A stretch of 63,851 nt of DNA, filler included, from Actinomycetota bacterium (GCA_046725875.1; 4 parts of 4 records of this genome joined end to end with filler, not necessarily neighbours in it); one strand, 5' to 3'; positions 10,357 through 19,886 are shown, counted from the whole stretch's first letter. Program-made: numbers and translations. Notes: a model not told the origin generated them from the letters alone.

Positions 10357-10983
10357 ATGGCTCGGTATTCCGGAGCAGACTGCAAGCGGTGCCGTCGCGA
10401 GAAGATGAAATTGTTCCTCAAGGGCGCCAAGTGCGAGTCGCCGAAGTGCCCGATCGAGATCCGGCCCTATCCCCCGGGTGAGCACGGCCGCGGCCGCAGC
10501 AAGGACAGCGAGTATCTCCTGCAGCTCCGCGAGAAGCAGAAGGCGCGCCGCATCTACGGCGTCCTCGAGAAGCAGTTCCACAACTACTATCAAGAGGCCA
10601 GCCGGCGCACCGGCAAGACGGGTGAATACCTGTTGCGGATCCTCGAGAGCCGGATCGACAACGTGGTCTACCGCGCGGGCTTCGCCAAGAGCCGCGACAT
10701 GGCCCGGCAGCTGGTTCGCCACGGCCACTTCATGGTCAACGGGCAGAAGGTGGACATTCCGTCCTACCGAGTGTCCGAGAACGACATCGTCGAGGTCCGC
10801 GAGTCCTCCCGCGAGCTGACACCATTTGTCATCGCGCGGGCCGAGGCGGGCGAGCGGATCGTACCGGCCTGGCTCGAGGTCATCCCGAACGAGCTGCGGA
10901 TCCTCGTACACTCGCTCCCGGCCCGGCAGGTCATCGACACGCCGGTCCAGGAGCAGCTCATCGTCGAGCTGTACTCGAAGTAG
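10357..10983 (+). CDS. rpsD: 30S ribosomal protein S4 (zinc-ribbon form)
   Basis: CKRCRRE...KC...KC, LREKQKARR.YG, LESRIDNVVYR, IVELYSK. Confidence 0.98.
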   Translation: MARYSGADCKRCRREKMKLFLKGAKCESPKCPIEIRPYPPGEHGRGRSKDSEYLLQLREKQKARRIYGVLEKQFHNYYQEASRRTGKTGEYLLRILESRIDNVVYRAGFAKSRDMARQLVRHGHFMVNGQKVDIPSYRVSENDIVEVRESSRELTPFVIARAEAGERIVPAWLEVIPNELRILVHSLPARQVIDTPVQEQLIVELYSK

Positions 10984-10992
10984 TCCCACCCG

Positions 10993-11186
10993 CGGGGGCT
11001 CCGCCCCCCGCGTACCCCCGAAGCCCGTGGGCGGTGCCGACAGTGCCGATGCTGGCGGGAGTTCGGGAGGACCGACAACTGAATAGATCCGGGGGCTCCG
11101 CCCTCCGCATACCCCCCGAAGCCCGTGGGCGGTGCCGACAGTGCTGATGCCGGCGGGAGTTCGGGAGGACCCAGCCAACTGAATAG
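10993..11186 (+). repeat. tandem duplication of a ~97-bp structured unit between rpsD and rpoA
   Basis: 10993-11086 and 11090-11186 are near-identical (GGGGGCTCCGCCC...CCCGAAGCCCGTGGGCGGTGCCGACAGTGCYGATGCYGGCGGGAGTTCGGGAGGACC...CAACTGAATAG). Confidence 0.92.
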
Positions 11187-11261
11187 CCCGGGCGCGCCGC
11201 GTCTGGGAGCAGCCCAGGTCGCGTCTGTCATATGGCGGGCGACGCGAAAGGAAGTAACGAC

Positions 11262-12272
11262 GTGCTCATCGCACAGCGACCCACCCTGACCGAGGAACCC
11301 GTTCACGAGTTCCGCTCCAGGTTCATCATCGAGCCGCTCGAGCCGGGCTTCGGCTATACGCTCGGCAACTCGCTGCGCCGTACCCTGCTCTCATCCATCC
11401 CGGGCGCGGCCGTGACCAGCATCCGCATCGACGGCGTACTGCACGAGTTCACCACGGTGCCGGGCGTCAAGGAAGACGTCACCGACCTGATCCTCAACGT
11501 CAAGGAGCTCGTGGTCAGCTCCGAGCACGACGAGCCGGTCGTCATGTATCTGCGCAAGCAAGGCCCGGGGGCAGTTACCGCCGCCGACATCCAGCCACCG
11601 GCCGGGGTCGAGGTCCACAACCCCGACCTGCACCTCGCGACCCTGAACGCCAAGGGCAAGCTCGACATGGAGCTGACCGTGGAGCGGGGCCGCGGCTACG
11701 TCAGCGCGGCTCAGAACAAGCAGCCCGGTCAAGACATTGGCCGAATCCCGGTCGACTCGATCTACTCGCCGGTTCTCAAGGTCACGTACAAGGTCGAGGC
11801 CACTCGGGTCGAGCAGCGTACCGACTTCGACCGGCTCATCGTCGATGTCGAGACCAAGCCGGCCATGCTCCCGCGGGATGCGATGGCGTCGGCCGGAAAG
11901 ACCCTGGTCGAGCTGTTTGGTCTCGCTCGTGAGCTCAACGTCGAGGCCGAGGGCATCGACATGGGGCCGTCTCCGACGGACGCCGCGCTGGCGGCGGATC
12001 TCGCGCTGCCCATCGAGGAGCTCGAGCTCACGGTCCGGTCGTACAACTGTCTCAAGCGCGAGGGTATCCATACCGTCGGCGAGCTCGTCATGCGCAGCGA
12101 GGCCGACCTGCTGGACATCCGCAACTTCGGCGCCAAGTCGATCGACGAGGTCAAGCAGAAGCTGGCCGGCCTCGGTCTCACGCTCAAGGACAGCCCGCCC
12201 GGCTTCGACCCGGGTACTGTCATCCACGACTACAGCGACGACGAGGACTACGCCGAGACCGAGCAGTACTAA
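11262..12272 (+). CDS. rpoA: DNA-directed RNA polymerase subunit alpha
   Basis: VLIAQRP...[17 protein letters not shown]...[12 protein letters not shown] after AAAGGAAG. Confidence 0.98.
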   Translation: MLIAQRPTLTEEPVHEFRSRFIIEPLEPGFGYTLGNSLRRTLLSSIPGAAVTSIRIDGVLHEFTTVPGVKEDVTDLILNVKELVVSSEHDEPVVMYLRKQGPGAVTAADIQPPAGVEVHNPDLHLATLNAKGKLDMELTVERGRGYVSAAQNKQPGQDIGRIPVDSIYSPVLKVTYKVEATRVEQRTDFDRLIVDVETKPAMLPRDAMASAGKTLVELFGLARELNVEAEGIDMGPSPTDAALAADLALPIEELELTVRSYNCLKREGIHTVGELVMRSEADLLDIRNFGAKSIDEVKQKLAGLGLTLKDSPPGFDPGTVIHDYSDDEDYAETEQY

Positions 12273-12388
12273 CTCATGCGGGGCCGCTGCCCCCGCATAC
12301 CCCCGGTCACGCGGCCGCTGTCACTTGTCAGCCATCGCCGTCGGTGAGTGGGGACCTGAAGAACAGTTCGGACCAGGAGAGGGACGGA

Positions 12389-13069
12389 ATGCCTACGCCC
12401 CCGAAGGGCCCACGCCTCGGCGGAGGTCCGGCGCACGAGCGGCTGATGCTCGCCAACCTTGCGACGGCGCTGTTCGAGCACGGCCACATCCAGACCACCG
12501 AGGCCAAGGCCAAGCGGCTCCGCCCGCTCGCCGAGCAGCTCATCACCAAGGCAAAGCGGGGCGACCTGAGTAACCGCCGCCGGGTGCTGCGGGTGATCCG
12601 GGACAAAAGCGTGGTCCACACGCTGTTTACCGACATCGCCAAACGCTACGAGACCCGTCCCGGCGGCTATACCCGGATCATCAAGGTCGGAATGCGCAAG
12701 GGCGACAACGCGCCGATGGCCCTGATCGAGCTGGTCGAGGAGCTGGTACCCCCGGCACCGGCGAAGAAGACGGCCGCCAAGAAGACCGCTGGCAAGAGGT
12801 CAGCGGCGAAGAAGACGGCGGCCAAGAAGGCAGCGGCTGCGACCCCCGAAGCCGCGACCGAGCCTGCCGCCGACGAAGCCGCAACCTCCCCGGACGAGGC
12901 TGCCGTCGAAGTTGCTGAGACCGGCGCGGACGAGACGAGCGCAGATCTGCGGGCGACCGACACAGCGGCGATGGAGGAAACGGCCGAGACCGCCGAGCCG
13001 GCCGAGCCCGGGGCCGGCCCGCCCGCGGACAGCGAGGACGGCGACGAGGCGGGCAAGGAGAAGTCCTAA
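12389..13069 (+). CDS. rplQ: 50S ribosomal protein L17 with long AKK-rich and acidic tail
   Basis: [12 protein letters not shown]...TTEAKAK.LRP...RPGGYTRI.K...GDNAPMA. Confidence 0.97.
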   Translation: MPTPPKGPRLGGGPAHERLMLANLATALFEHGHIQTTEAKAKRLRPLAEQLITKAKRGDLSNRRRVLRVIRDKSVVHTLFTDIAKRYETRPGGYTRIIKVGMRKGDNAPMALIELVEELVPPAPAKKTAAKKTAGKRSAAKKTAAKKAAAATPEAATEPAADEAATSPDEAAVEVAETGADETSADLRATDTAAMEETAETAEPAEPGAGPPADSEDGDEAGKEKS

Positions 13070-13137
13070 TCATCGTCGAGCGCGCGCAGGAGCCCGTCGA
13101 CCCAGCCGACGAATCCGGGGCCGGCGGGCTCCTTCGT

Positions 13138-13968
13138 TTGCGGCTCGAGTTGGGCTACGACGGAACCAAGTTCTCGGGCTGGGCCCGCCAGCCGGGCCTT
13201 CGCACCGTGCAAGGGGTCCTGGAAGACGCGGTGGGGAAGGTATTGCACCTTGGCGGTCCGGCCCCGCTGACCGTGGCGGGGCGTACGGACGCCGGAGTCC
13301 ACGCCCGCGGCCAGGTCGCGCACGGCGACGTTCCGATCCCGGCCTGGCGGCGGGCGGGACAACGGCTCCCGTCCGGAATCACGGTCCCGGCCGCCGTCGT
13401 TCGCCGGCTCGCCGGCGTATTGCCAGACGACGTCCGCGTCTTCCACATCGCGCCAGCGCCGCCGGGCTTCGACGCAAGGTTCTCCGCCGCGTCCCGCCGC
13501 TACGCCTACCGCGCGAGCGACAACCCAGGCGGACTGGACCCGCTGCGCCGGCACGACGTCCTTTGGCACAAACGCCCGCTGGACCTCGACGCCATGAACC
13601 TGGCGGCGGCGGGCCTGCTCGGCGAGCACGACTTCGCCGCCTACTGCCGGCGGCGAGAGGGTGCCACCACCATCCGGTGCCTTCTCGACCTGCATTGGCA
13701 GCGCGCCGAGGGCGCCATCGCCGTCGCGAGCATCGAGGCCGACGCGTTCTGCCACAACATGGTGCGCACCCTGGTCGGCGCGCTCTTGCAGGTCGGTGAC
13801 GGGCGGCGGCCGATCGACTGGCCGGCCCGGGTGCTGAGGGCCGGGGTACGGGATCCAGCGGTGCCCGTGGTCCCTCCGCACGGGCTCACCCTCGAGCACA
13901 TTCGCTATCCCAAGACCCCCGAGGAGATGGCGGCGCGCGCCGCCGAAGCTCGCGCCATCCGCTCGTAG
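13138..13968 (+). CDS. truA: tRNA pseudouridine(38-40) synthase (true start may lie upstream)
   Basis: [32 protein letters not shown]. Confidence 0.96.
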   Translation: MRLELGYDGTKFSGWARQPGLRTVQGVLEDAVGKVLHLGGPAPLTVAGRTDAGVHARGQVAHGDVPIPAWRRAGQRLPSGITVPAAVVRRLAGVLPDDVRVFHIAPAPPGFDARFSAASRRYAYRASDNPGGLDPLRRHDVLWHKRPLDLDAMNLAAAGLLGEHDFAAYCRRREGATTIRCLLDLHWQRAEGAIAVASIEADAFCHNMVRTLVGALLQVGDGRRPIDWPARVLRAGVRDPAVPVVPPHGLTLEHIRYPKTPEEMAARAAEARAIRS

Positions 13969-14170
13969 CTGCTCCCGCCCACGACGCCTTCGTAGTTCGG
14001 TGCACCCCCTGCGCCGTTCCGCCGCCCTGAAGATCGAATGCGGTTCATGGGTGGGATACTCCAGCGATTCGCTCCGTCGATCTTCACCTCGTACTTCCAA
14101 CTAGTGCTCGTGACACAGATCGCAGATGATCTTCAGAACCGTGCAACGGAACAGGGGAACGCAGTGTCAT

Positions 14171-14270
14171 NNNNNNNNNNNNNNNNNNNNNNNNNNNNNN
14201 NNNNNNNNNNNNNNTTAATTAATTAANNNNNNNNNNNNNNNNNNNNNNNNNNNNNNNNNNNNNNNNNNNN
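14171..14270. other. artificial contig-join linker
   Basis: 44 N + TTAATTAATTAA (stops in all six frames) + 44 N. Confidence 0.97.
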
Positions 14271-15266
14271 GACCTCCGCGAGCGTGACCGCGCGGCCTTC
14301 CCGGCGGGACAGCTCGGCCGCCTCTGCGATGAGGAGCGCGGCCAGCGCGTCCTCCGCGGAACAGGGGCAGCCGATCCGGCCGCGGGCATAGTCCAAAAAG
14401 CCGGCGAGCTCGCTCTGATAGGCCGCCGCGAAGCGCTGGAGAAACCCTTGGTACGGCGCCTCGAACGGCCAGGGCACGTCGGGCTCGGCCGACCGAAGCG
14501 GCACGTGATCGTCCAAGCCGGCGACGACGGTAGCGGCTGTGCCGGACACCTCGAGCCGTACGTCGCACCCTGCCCCGTTATATCGGGTTCCGGTCACGAC
14601 GGCGACCGCGCCGTCGTCGAGCCGGAGGATCGCGGCGGTAGTGTCCACATCGCCCGCCTCGCGGAAGAAGTCGGCACCAACATTTGATCCCGCCGCGAGG
14701 ACCGCGAGCACCTCTCGGTTTGTCACGAATCTGATGGCATCGAAGTCGTGAATATGCATGTCCCGGAACTGCCCGCCCGACATTCGGATGTAGCCCGGGT
14801 GTGGTGGCGCCGGGTCCGCAGTTATTGCCCGCAGGGTATGAACGCGTCCGAGTGTGCCTGATGCGTACGCATCCCGCGCGGCGCGGTAGCCGGCGTCGAA
14901 GCGGCGCTGGAAGCCCACCTGTAGCGGTACCCCCGTAGCCGCTGCGTGGCTGACGACCTTGCGGGTGGCCGGTACCTCGAGCGCGATCGGCTTCTCACAG
15001 AAGACCGGGATCCCTAGGTCGAGCGAGGTGTGGATTAGCTCGGCATGCGTCGAGGTGGGTGTCGCGATGACGACCCCGTCGAGCGGGCCACTGCCGAGCG
15101 CGGCCGCAAGATCCTCGACGTAGCGGCCGCCGACCTTGTCGGCGAGAGCTCGCCCGCGGCCGTCGTCGGGGTCACCGACAAGCAGTTCCGTTACCTCTGG
15201 TGAGCGCGCGAGTAGCTCGGCATGGAAGGCCCCGATCCGGCCAGCTCCGAGCACCGCGATCCGCAT
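14271..15266 (-). CDS. Gfo/Idh/MocA oxidoreductase, myo-inositol 2-dehydrogenase-like (3' end at contig break)
   Basis: GAGRIG Rossmann motif, CEKP, GFQRRFD, DMHIHDFD; GAGGAG SD. Confidence 0.85.
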
Positions 15267-15404
15267 GTAGGTCTCCTCGCGTCGCCGCGACCGCGTGGTC
15301 GCCACGCTACGTCAAGGGCCTAGAAGGGCGACCCTTCGAACCCCCGCGTCAAGAGCCCAGGACTCCGCGCAGGCGGCCCATACTCGCTGGTTTCTAGTCC
15401 TGGA

Positions 15405-15447
15405 GCTTTGTCCTGTCAATGCTTTGTACTGACATATTGACTAACCT
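15405..15447. promoter_or_regulatory. candidate GntR operator pair and -10 box
   Basis: Tandem 16-mers GCTTTGTCCTGTCAAT / GCTTTGTACTGACATA with TGT-N4-(T/A)CA cores between divergent dehydrogenase and GntR; TAACCT 7 nt before GntR ATG. Confidence 0.55.
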
Positions 15448-15454
15448 GAGATAC

Positions 15455-16192
15455 ATGCTCGAGATCTCCATTGCCGTGGACCGGAGCAGCCCAGTACCCC
15501 TGTACTTCCAGTTGGCCGAACAGCTCGAACGGGCGATCGAGTCGGGCGCGTTGCCTCCTGGGGCCCGCCTCGAGAACGAGATACAACTGGCCGATCAGTA
15601 TGGCCTGTCCCGGCCCACGATGCGCCGGGCCATTCAGTATTTGGTCGACAAGGGCCTATTAGTACGCAAGCGGGGGGTTGGCACCCAAGTCCTGCGTGCA
15701 AAGGTCAAACGGCCGATCGAGCTCACGAGCCTCTACGACGACCTGGCCGGCGCGGGCCAGATGCCGACCACGAAGGTCTTGCGGAACACGGTCGTTGCGG
15801 CTGACGCCACCGTCGCGGTCGTTCTGGGTGTCGAGGTAAACGCCCCGGTGATCTTCCTCGAGAGGCTCCGGCTCGCTGGCGGCGAGCCGCTGGCCATGAT
15901 GCGCAATCATCTGCCGTCTGGGCTCGTTGAACTGTCCACCGAAGCGCTCGAGGAGCAGGGCCTCTACCAGTTGCTGCGCGCCGGCGGCGTCCATCCCCAG
16001 GTGGCATCCCAGTCCATCGGCGCCCGGGCGGCCAGCGCCGGGGAGGCGCGGCTGCTTGGCGAAACAAAGGGGGCGCCGCTGCTCACGATGACTCGGACCA
16101 CCTACGACGACTCCGGGAAGGTCGTCGAATACGGGAACCACATCTACCGCGCATCCCGCTATGCCTTCGAGCACACCCTGGTGGGTCGCTGA
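15455..16192 (+). CDS. GntR (HutC/UTRA subfamily) transcriptional regulator
   Basis: SPVPLYFQLA...LSRPTMRRA...RGVGT wHTH plus UTRA C-terminal domain. Confidence 0.92.
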   Translation: MLEISIAVDRSSPVPLYFQLAEQLERAIESGALPPGARLENEIQLADQYGLSRPTMRRAIQYLVDKGLLVRKRGVGTQVLRAKVKRPIELTSLYDDLAGAGQMPTTKVLRNTVVAADATVAVVLGVEVNAPVIFLERLRLAGGEPLAMMRNHLPSGLVELSTEALEEQGLYQLLRAGGVHPQVASQSIGARAASAGEARLLGETKGAPLLTMTRTTYDDSGKVVEYGNHIYRASRYAFEHTLVGR

Positions 16193-16244
16193 CCGCAAAC
16201 TTGCCTTGCAACTCGGCCGTAGCCGGGTCGGCCATGGTCAACGG

Positions 16245-17189
16245 TCAGGCGCGGGCGAGGTCGGCTGCGCCGACGAGGCCGGCGTCCGGGCCAAATTCGG
16301 CCAACTTGACCTCCGCCTCCGGACGGTGGCCGCGCCCGACCAAGTGCCGGTGGAACGAGTCCCGGGCCGGGCCGAGCAACAGGTCCCCTGCCTCAGACGC
16401 ACCGCCGCCGATGATGAAGCAGCCCGGGTCCAGGCCGGCGGCGAGCGACGCCAGCCCGGCACCGAGCCAGCGGCCGGCGTCCTCGAGCAGCTCGACCGAG
16501 GTCGGGTCGCCGTCCTTGGCTGCCTGTGTGATGAGCGGGCCGGTGATGCCGTCGACATCGCCGCCGGCGAGGTCGAGCAGCGCAGCGGCGAGGGGTGAGC
16601 CCGACATGGCCAGCTCCCGGCCCTCGCGGACGAGCGCGTTCCCACTGGCATATTGCTCCCAGCACCCCTTGTTGCCGCATCCGCAGCGCAGCCCACCCGG
16701 AACGACCTGCATGTGGCCGAACTCCCCGGCCAACCCCCAGCGGCCGCGATAGAGCTGGCCGTCGAGGACGATTCCGCCGCCGATTCCCGTCCCGACGGTC
16801 ACACAGATGATGTTGTCCTGCCCGCGACCGGCGCCGAATCTCGCCTCTGCCCACGCGGCCGCGTTCGCATCGTTCTCCACCACGATCGGGAGGCCGATCC
16901 GCTTCTCCAGCTCGGCCTTGATCGGCTCTTCCCGCCAGGCCAGATTCGGCGCGAAGAGCACCGTCGAACGCTCGGAATCGATGAAGCCGGCCGCTCCGAT
17001 TCCGACAGCGGTCACCTCCGGATGGCCTATCAGGAGGTCGGCAACTGCACTGGCGATCGTGTCCTCGGTGGCTTGCGGGTCGAACGCCGGGGTGTCCCGC
17101 TTGTCGAAAACGAGAATCCGACCAGCCTCGTCGACCACACCGGCAGCGACCTTGGTGCCGCCGATATCAACGCCAATCGTCAGAGCCAT
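16245..17189 (-). CDS. glkA: ROK-family glucokinase
   Basis: GVDIGGTK, ENDANAAA, GEFGH, CGCGNKGCWEQY. Confidence 0.88.
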   Translation of the reverse strand: MALTIGVDIGGTKVAAGVVDEAGRILVFDKRDTPAFDPQATEDTIASAVADLLIGHPEVTAVGIGAAGFIDSERSTVLFAPNLAWREEPIKAELEKRIGLPIVVENDANAAAWAEARFGAGRGQDNIICVTVGTGIGGGIVLDGQLYRGRWGLAGEFGHMQVVPGGLRCGCGNKGCWEQYASGNALVREGRELAMSGSPLAAALLDLAGGDVDGITGPLITQAAKDGDPTSVELLEDAGRWLGAGLASLAAGLDPGCFIIGGGASEAGDLLLGPARDSFHRHLVGRGHRPEAEVKLAEFGPDAGLVGAADLARA

Positions 17190-17219
17190 CCAGTCCTGTC
17201 CTCGCTCGCGACGGGCGAC

Positions 17220-17645
17220 CTAATCATTGCCCTCCCCCGCGATGTCGATGCGGGTGGGGCCGCGCCAGTGGCCGGACGAACCGTAACGGGTCGCCTCGTC
17301 CGTACGCCCGACCGGGCCGCCCTCGCTACCGGTCTCGGCGTCGGATGGCCGGCCGGCTTGTGCCGCCCCGTCGATGAATGCGCGGGCCGCAGCGGCCAGC
17401 GACCAGCCCGCGATCGCGAGGTGCCTGACCACATCCGGATTCATGTCCCGGACGCCGCGGATAAGCATGCACACCGGGCAGATCGAGCACTCCGCGTCGC
17501 CGGTGGCGATACGGTCGTTGACCCAGCCGGCGAGGGACCCGAGCAGCTTGGCCGCCTCCTCGGTGGCCGGGCCCGGCCGATGGTCCGATCCAGAGTCCGA
17601 CAAAACCGTCTCCGTAGGCGCTGGACGATCCGATGCGCCGGTCAT
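17220..17645 (-). CDS. conserved actinobacterial protein with CxxCPxC motif
   Basis: ECSICPVC motif; lies between the ArsA-like ATPase and glucokinase; GGAGG SD. Confidence 0.7.
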   Translation of the reverse strand: MTGASDRPAPTETVLSDSGSDHRPGPATEEAAKLLGSLAGWVNDRIATGDAECSICPVCMLIRGVRDMNPDVVRHLAIAGWSLAAAARAFIDGAAQAGRPSDAETGSEGGPVGRTDEATRYGSSGHWRGPTRIDIAGEGND

Positions 17646-17669
17646 CGGCACACCTCCGATCCTGGGCAG

Positions 17670-18917
17670 TTAGCTGCGGGGCCGCCGTTCGGCGGGCGCT
17701 GCCCGCGCGGGCTGGACGGTGTCCCATTCGGCAACCTTGGTAAAGCGGATCGACAGGCGGCCGTTGGCGAGCTCGGCTCCGGCGATCTCACACCGCCACA
17801 ACGCCGCCGGCAGGGCGAGCACTCGGCGGGCGCCGCCCACGCTCAGCACCAGCTCGTTGCCCATCCGCACCAAGTCCATCTCCCGCCGGTCCGCTAAGGG
17901 AAGTGTGAGCGAGAGTACATAACCGGACCGATCCCGCGACAGCCGGAGCGGATCATCAGCCTCGGGCAGCGCGAACGGGTCCGGCGCCCGGCGAATCCCG
18001 TCGCCGTAGGCGGCGGCCGCAAACGCCGCCAACTCCTCCAAGCCCACGGGCTCGGACGCCCGATACGGCGACCGGTAGACCGGCAGCGGCGCGAACGAGG
18101 CGTCCACTTCTTCGAGCTGCTCCGTTTGGGCGGCGAGCCAGCCACGCCGCCACGCATCCGCGCCCCCCGCCGGGAACAGCCGGTTCGCGATGACCGCGTC
18201 GACTCGGTAGCCGTACAACGACAAGGACGTGAGGGTGCGGCGCGCCTCGGCGACGACTACTGACTCGGGTGTCAGCACCAGCCGCACTGACGACGACCGC
18301 CCACCGAGAACTTCCCGGACAGCCGCCAGCTCGGCGTGGATCCGCTCGATCGCGTCGAAGACGGTGTCCTTCGGCATCGGCACGCCGACCGCCCGGCGCA
18401 GCACCGGCCGGAATGTCTTGATGACCCGCCGCTCGAAGGGGAAGAGCCGCTCCATATACCAGCCAAGAGCTTCCGGCAGTGCGAGCAACCGCAACGTCTC
18501 TGCAGTCGGCGCGCAGTCGACAACCACCAGGTCCCACCGGCCCGACTCGACCTGGTCTCGTACTTCGAGCAGCGCAAGCACCTCTTCGGCCCCGGGGAGC
18601 ACAGTCAGCTCCTCGGCCTCGATTCGGTCTACGCCCGCCGCGTCGAGTACGGACAGCAAGTAGCGCTGGATATCGCCCCAGGACCGCTCCAGCCGACCGT
18701 GCGCGTCGACGTGCTGTACATACAGTCCGGTGTCGACCTCCGTGGCATGGGTGTCGACCTTGTGGTCGAAGGTATCGGAGAGCGAGTGAGCCTGGTCGGT
18801 CGAGAGAACGAGGGTGGACAAACCGCGATTCGCGGCGAGGGTCGCGGTTGCGGCGGCCGCCGTAGTCTTGCCAACGCCACCCTTTCCGGTGAAAAGCAAG
18901 ACCCGGGATGCCGTCAC
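17670..18917 (-). CDS. ArsA/Get3-family ATPase with C-terminal HSP20-like extension
   Basis: GKGGVGKTT, STDQAHSLSD, DCAPTAETLRLL; single NTPase domain plus beta-rich C-terminus. Confidence 0.9.
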   Translation of the reverse strand: MTASRVLLFTGKGGVGKTTAAAATATLAANRGLSTLVLSTDQAHSLSDTFDHKVDTHATEVDTGLYVQHVDAHGRLERSWGDIQRYLLSVLDAAGVDRIEAEELTVLPGAEEVLALLEVRDQVESGRWDLVVVDCAPTAETLRLLALPEALGWYMERLFPFERRVIKTFRPVLRRAVGVPMPKDTVFDAIERIHAELAAVREVLGGRSSSVRLVLTPESVVVAEARRTLTSLSLYGYRVDAVIANRLFPAGGADAWRRGWLAAQTEQLEEVDASFAPLPVYRSPYRASEPVGLEELAAFAAAAYGDGIRRAPDPFALPEADDPLRLSRDRSGYVLSLTLPLADRREMDLVRMGNELVLSVGGARRVLALPAALWRCEIAGAELANGRLSIRFTKVAEWDTVQPARAAPAERRPRS

Positions 18918-19420
18918 CGGTCCTCCGCGCTCAAGGTCTCACTGCCGCCGCCAGGACTGCCTGGGGCGTCCGAGCGGGCGTCGCGCACTTGAGCGACCCG
19001 CCGGTCGAGCTCCTTGAGAGCGGTGTCGACGATGACCTTCTCCGCCTTACGCTTGATCAGCCCGATCATTGGGATCTTCAAGTCAACCGTCAGGCTGTAT
19101 GCAACGTGCGTCCCCGCTTGCCCGGGCGCGAGGGTGTACGAGCCATCCAGCGTGCGCAGCAGCGTGCCTTCCTCGGCCAGAGTCCAGCGAACCTCCCGAT
19201 CGGCATCCCACGTGTACGCGAGCGTGTATTGGTCTTTGATGGCACCGGCGTCCAGCACGAACCGGACTCGCTCGGCTCGCCCGTCCGGGCCCGTCCCGAG
19301 AACGTCGGCGCGCTTGACCTGGCCGGTCCAAAGTGGGTACGCCGGAAAGTCCGCGATCACCGCCATCACCTCGGCAGGCTGTGCCGCAATCGTGATGCTC
19401 GACCTCGTCTGGTCCGCCAT
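18914..19420 (-). CDS. SRPBCC (START/cyclase) family protein
   Basis: SITIAAQPAEVMAVIADFPAYP.W...LDAG.IKD.Y.L.Y. Confidence 0.88.
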   Translation of the reverse strand: MADQTRSSITIAAQPAEVMAVIADFPAYPLWTGQVKRADVLGTGPDGRAERVRFVLDAGAIKDQYTLAYTWDADREVRWTLAEEGTLLRTLDGSYTLAPGQAGTHVAYSLTVDLKIPMIGLIKRKAEKVIVDTALKELDRRVAQVRDARSDAPGSPGGGSETLSAEDR

Positions 19421-19472
19421 CGGGCTCCCCCGGTCTAGGACGTTGCTGGAGAGTCAGGCTACCGTTCCGATG

Positions 19473-19886
19473 TCAGCGGGAGTGCGGCTCCCGTGCGTCT
19501 CGCTCGTCGGTCGGCGACCCAGGGGATGCTGCGGCGAGCTCGTCCGCGAGCGCGTGAATACGCCGCTTCCAGGCGACCCGGTAACGGCGGGCTAGCCGGC
19601 GTCCCCGCGCCGCCGGCCGCCATCGGTAGGGCTTAGGGGGGTCGGCCTGAAGGAAGAAATGCACGATGCACCCCTTCCTCCCGTACTCCTCGATCCACAC
19701 CTCGGCGGTGCCGTGGAGCACGCCGCGGACGCGCCAGCGGATACCCGCGGCAGCGCGGTCCTCGTGCACGATAAGTACTAGCTCCGGCCACCAAACCCGC
19801 CATAGCCCGGGATCCGCCAAGCGCGTTGCAACTTTTGCGGGTGAGACGGGTACGAAGGTGTCGTCCAGCACGTCCACCACGGACAC
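19473..19886 (-). CDS. polyketide cyclase/SRPBCC-like conserved protein
   Basis: VDVLDDTFV...WRVWWPEL.L.V.EDR...GIRW.V.G...GT.EVWIE; divergent from fadD. Confidence 0.75.
   Translation of the reverse strand: MSVVDVLDDTFVPVSPAKVATRLADPGLWRVWWPELVLIVHEDRAAAGIRWRVRGVLHGTAEVWIEEYGRKGCIVHFFLQADPPKPYRWRPAARGRRLARRYRVAWKRRIHALADELAAASPGSPTDERDAREPHSR

Noticed and set aside
9166..11178. 670-aa minus-strand ORF and many other long antisense or alternate-frame ORFs
   Set aside because: Shadow ORFs of high-GC genes; R/P/G/A-rich, no domains, fully overlapping confident genes.
10993..11186. Possible CRISPR array
   Set aside because: Only two ~97-bp units, no unique spacers and no cas genes.
12306..12388. 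Possible L17 ribosomal leader before rplQ
   Set aside because: Only a short CCGGTCACGCGGCCG resemblance; cannot be supported without a covariance search.
13969..14170. Lower-GC stretch at the end of contig 1
   Set aside because: No recognisable protein in any frame, and cut by the linker.
14215..14226. TTAATTAATTAA palindrome (also 27514 and 58383)
   Set aside because: Artificial six-frame-stop linker between N runs.
17670..18917. Arsenic-resistance operon
   Set aside because: Single-domain ArsA-like ATPase with no arsB, arsC, arsD or arsR; the aquaporin is on a different contig.
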